In this document: positions 40,831 to 43,763 of the stretch, one piece after another
Position numbering within the stretch: the first letter of the stretch is position 1
Layout of the letters: the number at the start of each line of letters is the position of its first letter
Source: Macrostomum lignano
Lineage: Eukaryota
NCBI GenBank assembly: GCA_002269645.1
Contig: NIVC01003742.1
Location: 1-43,763 of the forward strand
Length of the DNA: 43,763 bases
Direction: 5' to 3'
Made by a program: the position numbers and the translations under genes
The notes under the pieces: generated by a model
The model's input: only the letters and a program-made list of their open reading frames with translations
Told to the model about the DNA's origin: nothing
Database searches by the model: none

Positions 40831-41424
40831 CAATGCGCTATCGCTTGATTAAAACAGAATCTGATTGCCACAAAACAGGCGAAAGTCGGCCGCACATTCA
40901 GCATCGCTCTGGTCAGCGTGTACAGCCGAGCAAGCCCGCATGGACTACTGCTGAAGGTCTACCATCGGGCCAGTCGCCAAATTGTCTGCCAGACAAACTT
41001 CTTCGAGTCCGGTTTCTCATTCTATCGGTTCCTAGTTCAGGACGAGTACATCATGTTCTTCTCGCTGATGGCCCACCTCAAGCGTACAGAATCGTGCCGG
41101 AGCCGGAGGAGGCTGCAGACGCTTACCGCATCGAACCCTGCCTGCCGCAGGAGCTCCGGTCCTGCGTTGGCAGCCGCGCGCCCAGCCTGTGGCCGCACAA
41201 AGACTGCCAGCACAACAATTTCGTTATGGAGCTGTTCGCTTGGACGCTTCAACGAGAAGAGTTCAACCTGCGCGCATCCTCTGCTGCAGTCTGGCCGCCT
41301 ACGAACGCTGTGCCTTTCCGGACGAGCGCGTCCTGGCCCGCATGCTGCAGGTCTGCGCCGACGATCCCGGTGACAATGTCATCGTGTCCTGCCCGCTGCG
41401 CTAATGCTGCTGGACCGTCTGCCC

Positions 41425-42470
41425 CTCCACCTCTCTCACTCTGTCTCCACCCCTCTTTCTCTCACCTCTCTTTCCCTCTCTGTCTCTCCTGTCTTCATCT
41501 CTCTCTTCTCTACCCTCTATCTTCCCCTATCTCCCCTCTATCTCCCCTCTATCTCCCCTCTATCTCCCCATCTATCTCCCCCTCTATCTCCCCATCTATC
41601 TCCCCATCTATCTTCCTCTCTATCTTCTCTCTATCTCTCTTCTATCTCCCCATCTATCTCCCCTCTATCTCCCCATATATCTCCCCATCTATCTCCCCTC
41701 TATCTCCCCTCTATCTCCCCATCTATCTCCCCATCTACCTCCCCATCTATCTCCCCCTCTATCTTCCTCTCTATCTTCTCTCTATCTCCCCTCTATCTCC
41801 CCATCTATCTCTCCTCTATCTCCCCATCTATCTCCCCATCTATCTTCCTCTCTATCTTCTCTCTATCTCCCCTCTATCTCCCCATCTATCTCTCCTCTAT
41901 CTCCCCATCTATCTCCCCATCTATCTTCCTCTCTATCTTCTCTCTATCTCCCCTCTATCTCCCCATCTATCTCCCCTCTATCTCCCCATCTATCTCCCCA
42001 TCTATCTCCCCATCTATCTCCCCATCTATCTCCCCATCTATCTCCCCATCTATCTCCCCTCTATCTTCCTCTCTGTCTTCTCTCTATTTCCCCTCTATCT
42101 CCCCTCTATCTCTTCTCTAGCTCCTCCTATCTCCCCCTCTATATCCCTCTCTATCTCCTTTCCATCTCACCCTTCTATCTCCCCCTCAATCTCCCTCTCT
42201 ATCTCCCCTTTATCTTCCACTCTATCTCCCTTCTATCTCCCCCTCTATCTTCCCTCTCTATCTCCCCTCTATCTCCCCCTCTATCTTCCCTCTCTATCTC
42301 CCTCTATCTTCCACTCTATCTCCCCTCTATCTCCCCATCTATCTCCCTCTCTTTCTTCCCCTCTATCTCCCCCTCTTTCCCCCCTCTATATCCCTATCTA
42401 TCTCCCCTCCATCTCGTCCTCGCTCTCTTCCTCCCTTCCCTCACCTCTCCTATCTTATATCGAGTACCTG
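41425..42470 (+). repeat. CT-rich array of about 11-12 bp units (CTATCTCCCC(AT/T))
   Basis: Direct reading; a pyrimidine-dominated strand for about 1 kb. Confidence 0.92.
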
Positions 42471-42967
42471 TCTCCCTGTGCGTTAAGATCGCGTAGGAAA
42501 ATAATTAGGTTTTTACAGCATCGATTGTTGTGACTCATGACTGCGAACCGTTGCTCCAGACAAGATATTTGTAGCTGCAAAACACAAATTTGTGATAGGA
42601 TTGAAAAATTAAATTTTATTCAAAAAGAATAGCTCAAAATACTTTTGCGTTATGACAGTTTTTTATTTCTCAAAGCTACACAGGATTAATAACTTCGTAC
42701 AGACCAAAATTGAAGATTTCAAGGCATTTTTAAAATACGCAGGTACGAAACGTAAAAACGTGCTGATGCGTGTTTTAACTGACACGCGAGGCTGGCTGCA
42801 CACTTTGAGTATGAGTGCATGAGTAGCTATATTATTGTTCGTCTGTCTACGAACATTCTCTCGTCCCGTCAGGCCACAATGAACAATAGGGCTTTTTAAC
42901 GCTCATATGCATAGATATATACATCTGTACAGAGCTAGCTCAACTCAAGACATCAAGACATAAGGAA

Positions 42968-43454
42968 ATGTCTGGCAACAACACCGAGGCTTTCTGCTCC
43001 GAGGTTGAGCAGCTGCTCGCATCTCTGCCTAGAGATGGAGGCCTCATCAGTCAAGCCGCGGCCAGGCAGATGCTGGCTGAGAAGCTGCTCAGAAAGCAGT
43101 AACCTACAGATGCCGATCGGAGTCTGGACTGTGCTAGCTCTGCTCACTGCTGGCCTTGTGGCTCGGCAGCGTATCGGAGCAGCTCGCCAACCTGCCTGCT
43201 GTCAGGCACCTGGCTCCAGGAGATTGCTAGGCAGCCCAGCAACTGCAGCAGCATGTGCGCCGGCCTCACCTCCGTTCCCGTGGAGACGACATCTCGCCCG
43301 AACGGTTCCTGCAGCTGTACGCCACACCGGCCGCCTCTGCTGGTGAGGAACGGCACCCGGGCTGCGGGCGGCGCACCAGTACTTCAGCTACGAGTTCATC
43401 AGAGACCTGCACGACCGGCATCCATCAGCCTACGGCCATGGACCCAATATTAAG
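42968..43454 (+). pseudogene. First exon of a membrane-anchored JmjC/cupin-like protein gene, frameshifted
   Basis: Stitching frames gives MSGNNTEAFCSEVEQLL..., a hydrophobic VWTVLALLTAGLV, IARQPSNCSSMCAGLTSVP, DISPERFLQLYA, RPPLLVRNGT and HQYFSYEFIRDLHDRHP, ending at donor AAG|GTAAAT (43454). 'SPERFLQLYA..RP.LVRNG' resembles the N-terminal motif of JMJD8-like JmjC proteins. Family call is from recollection. Confidence 0.5.
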
Positions 43455-43763
43455 GTAAATAATTGGGATGGTAGTAGTATAGCTCAGGCTTGGAGTGCTT
43501 CGATTCTTCAATCAGTCGTAGAGAAATCGATATGGCAAAACTCGAGATCCGACGTCAATTTGAACCACAAAATATTGCTATACCTGCCAATTCAGTAAAT
43601 TAAAAATACACACTGATGCAACTTACAATGGTATTACATGTATGAAATAAATTATAGGTAAATTTACGTATCTGATACGATCTATTAACTAGTATAATTC
43701 AAGAAAAATACGTTAAGGGCTTAAGTTAGTCTTAAGTTAAGCTGCTAACATCTAATATATGTA

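Larger units (their letters stand above)
38364..41420 (+). pseudogene. Unrecognised multi-exon protein gene with several frameshifts; exons about 38364-38550, 39980-40376, 40879-41420
   Basis: GC3-rich, protein-like segments joined by good splice sites (CAG|GTGAGC 38550, CCTCAG|GTG 39979, CAG|GTGATG 40376, ACAG|GCG 40878). The protein-like frame switches repeatedly. No family recognised. Could be a real gene with sequence errors. Confidence 0.5.

Noticed and set aside
40833-42533. 566-aa ORF
   Set aside because: Most of its length is the CT-rich array; only a short part overlaps protein-like sequence of the frameshifted gene.

Overview
Eukaryotic (metazoan) genomic DNA with GT-AG spliceosomal introns. 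The GC-rich codons, poly-Q/poly-A/poly-G runs and introns packed with minisatellites suggest a flatworm such as Macrostomum; this is inference only. After about 5.6 kb of AT-rich, CpG-poor, transposon-derived DNA containing a truncated Gypsy LTR element, eight genes follow, all on the + strand. Six have clean reading frames: RPUSD1-like pseudouridine synthase (3 exons), mitochondrial SSB (1), three-domain gelsolin/severin-like protein (8), DZIP1/Iguana (4), MGAT5/GnT-V (6) and RPL35A (1). The last two are frameshift-riddled: an unrecognised 3-exon gene and a membrane-anchored JmjC/cupin-like gene. Almost every long intron and most intergenic gaps hold a tandem array, and one minisatellite family occurs at four separate sites. 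Also present are a 5'-truncated RTE-type LINE inside an intronic array, four hAT-type MITEs and a tRNA-Val-derived SINE. Most long ORFs in the supplied track are repeat artefacts. Exon structures were spliced by hand and the repeat boundaries are approximate.
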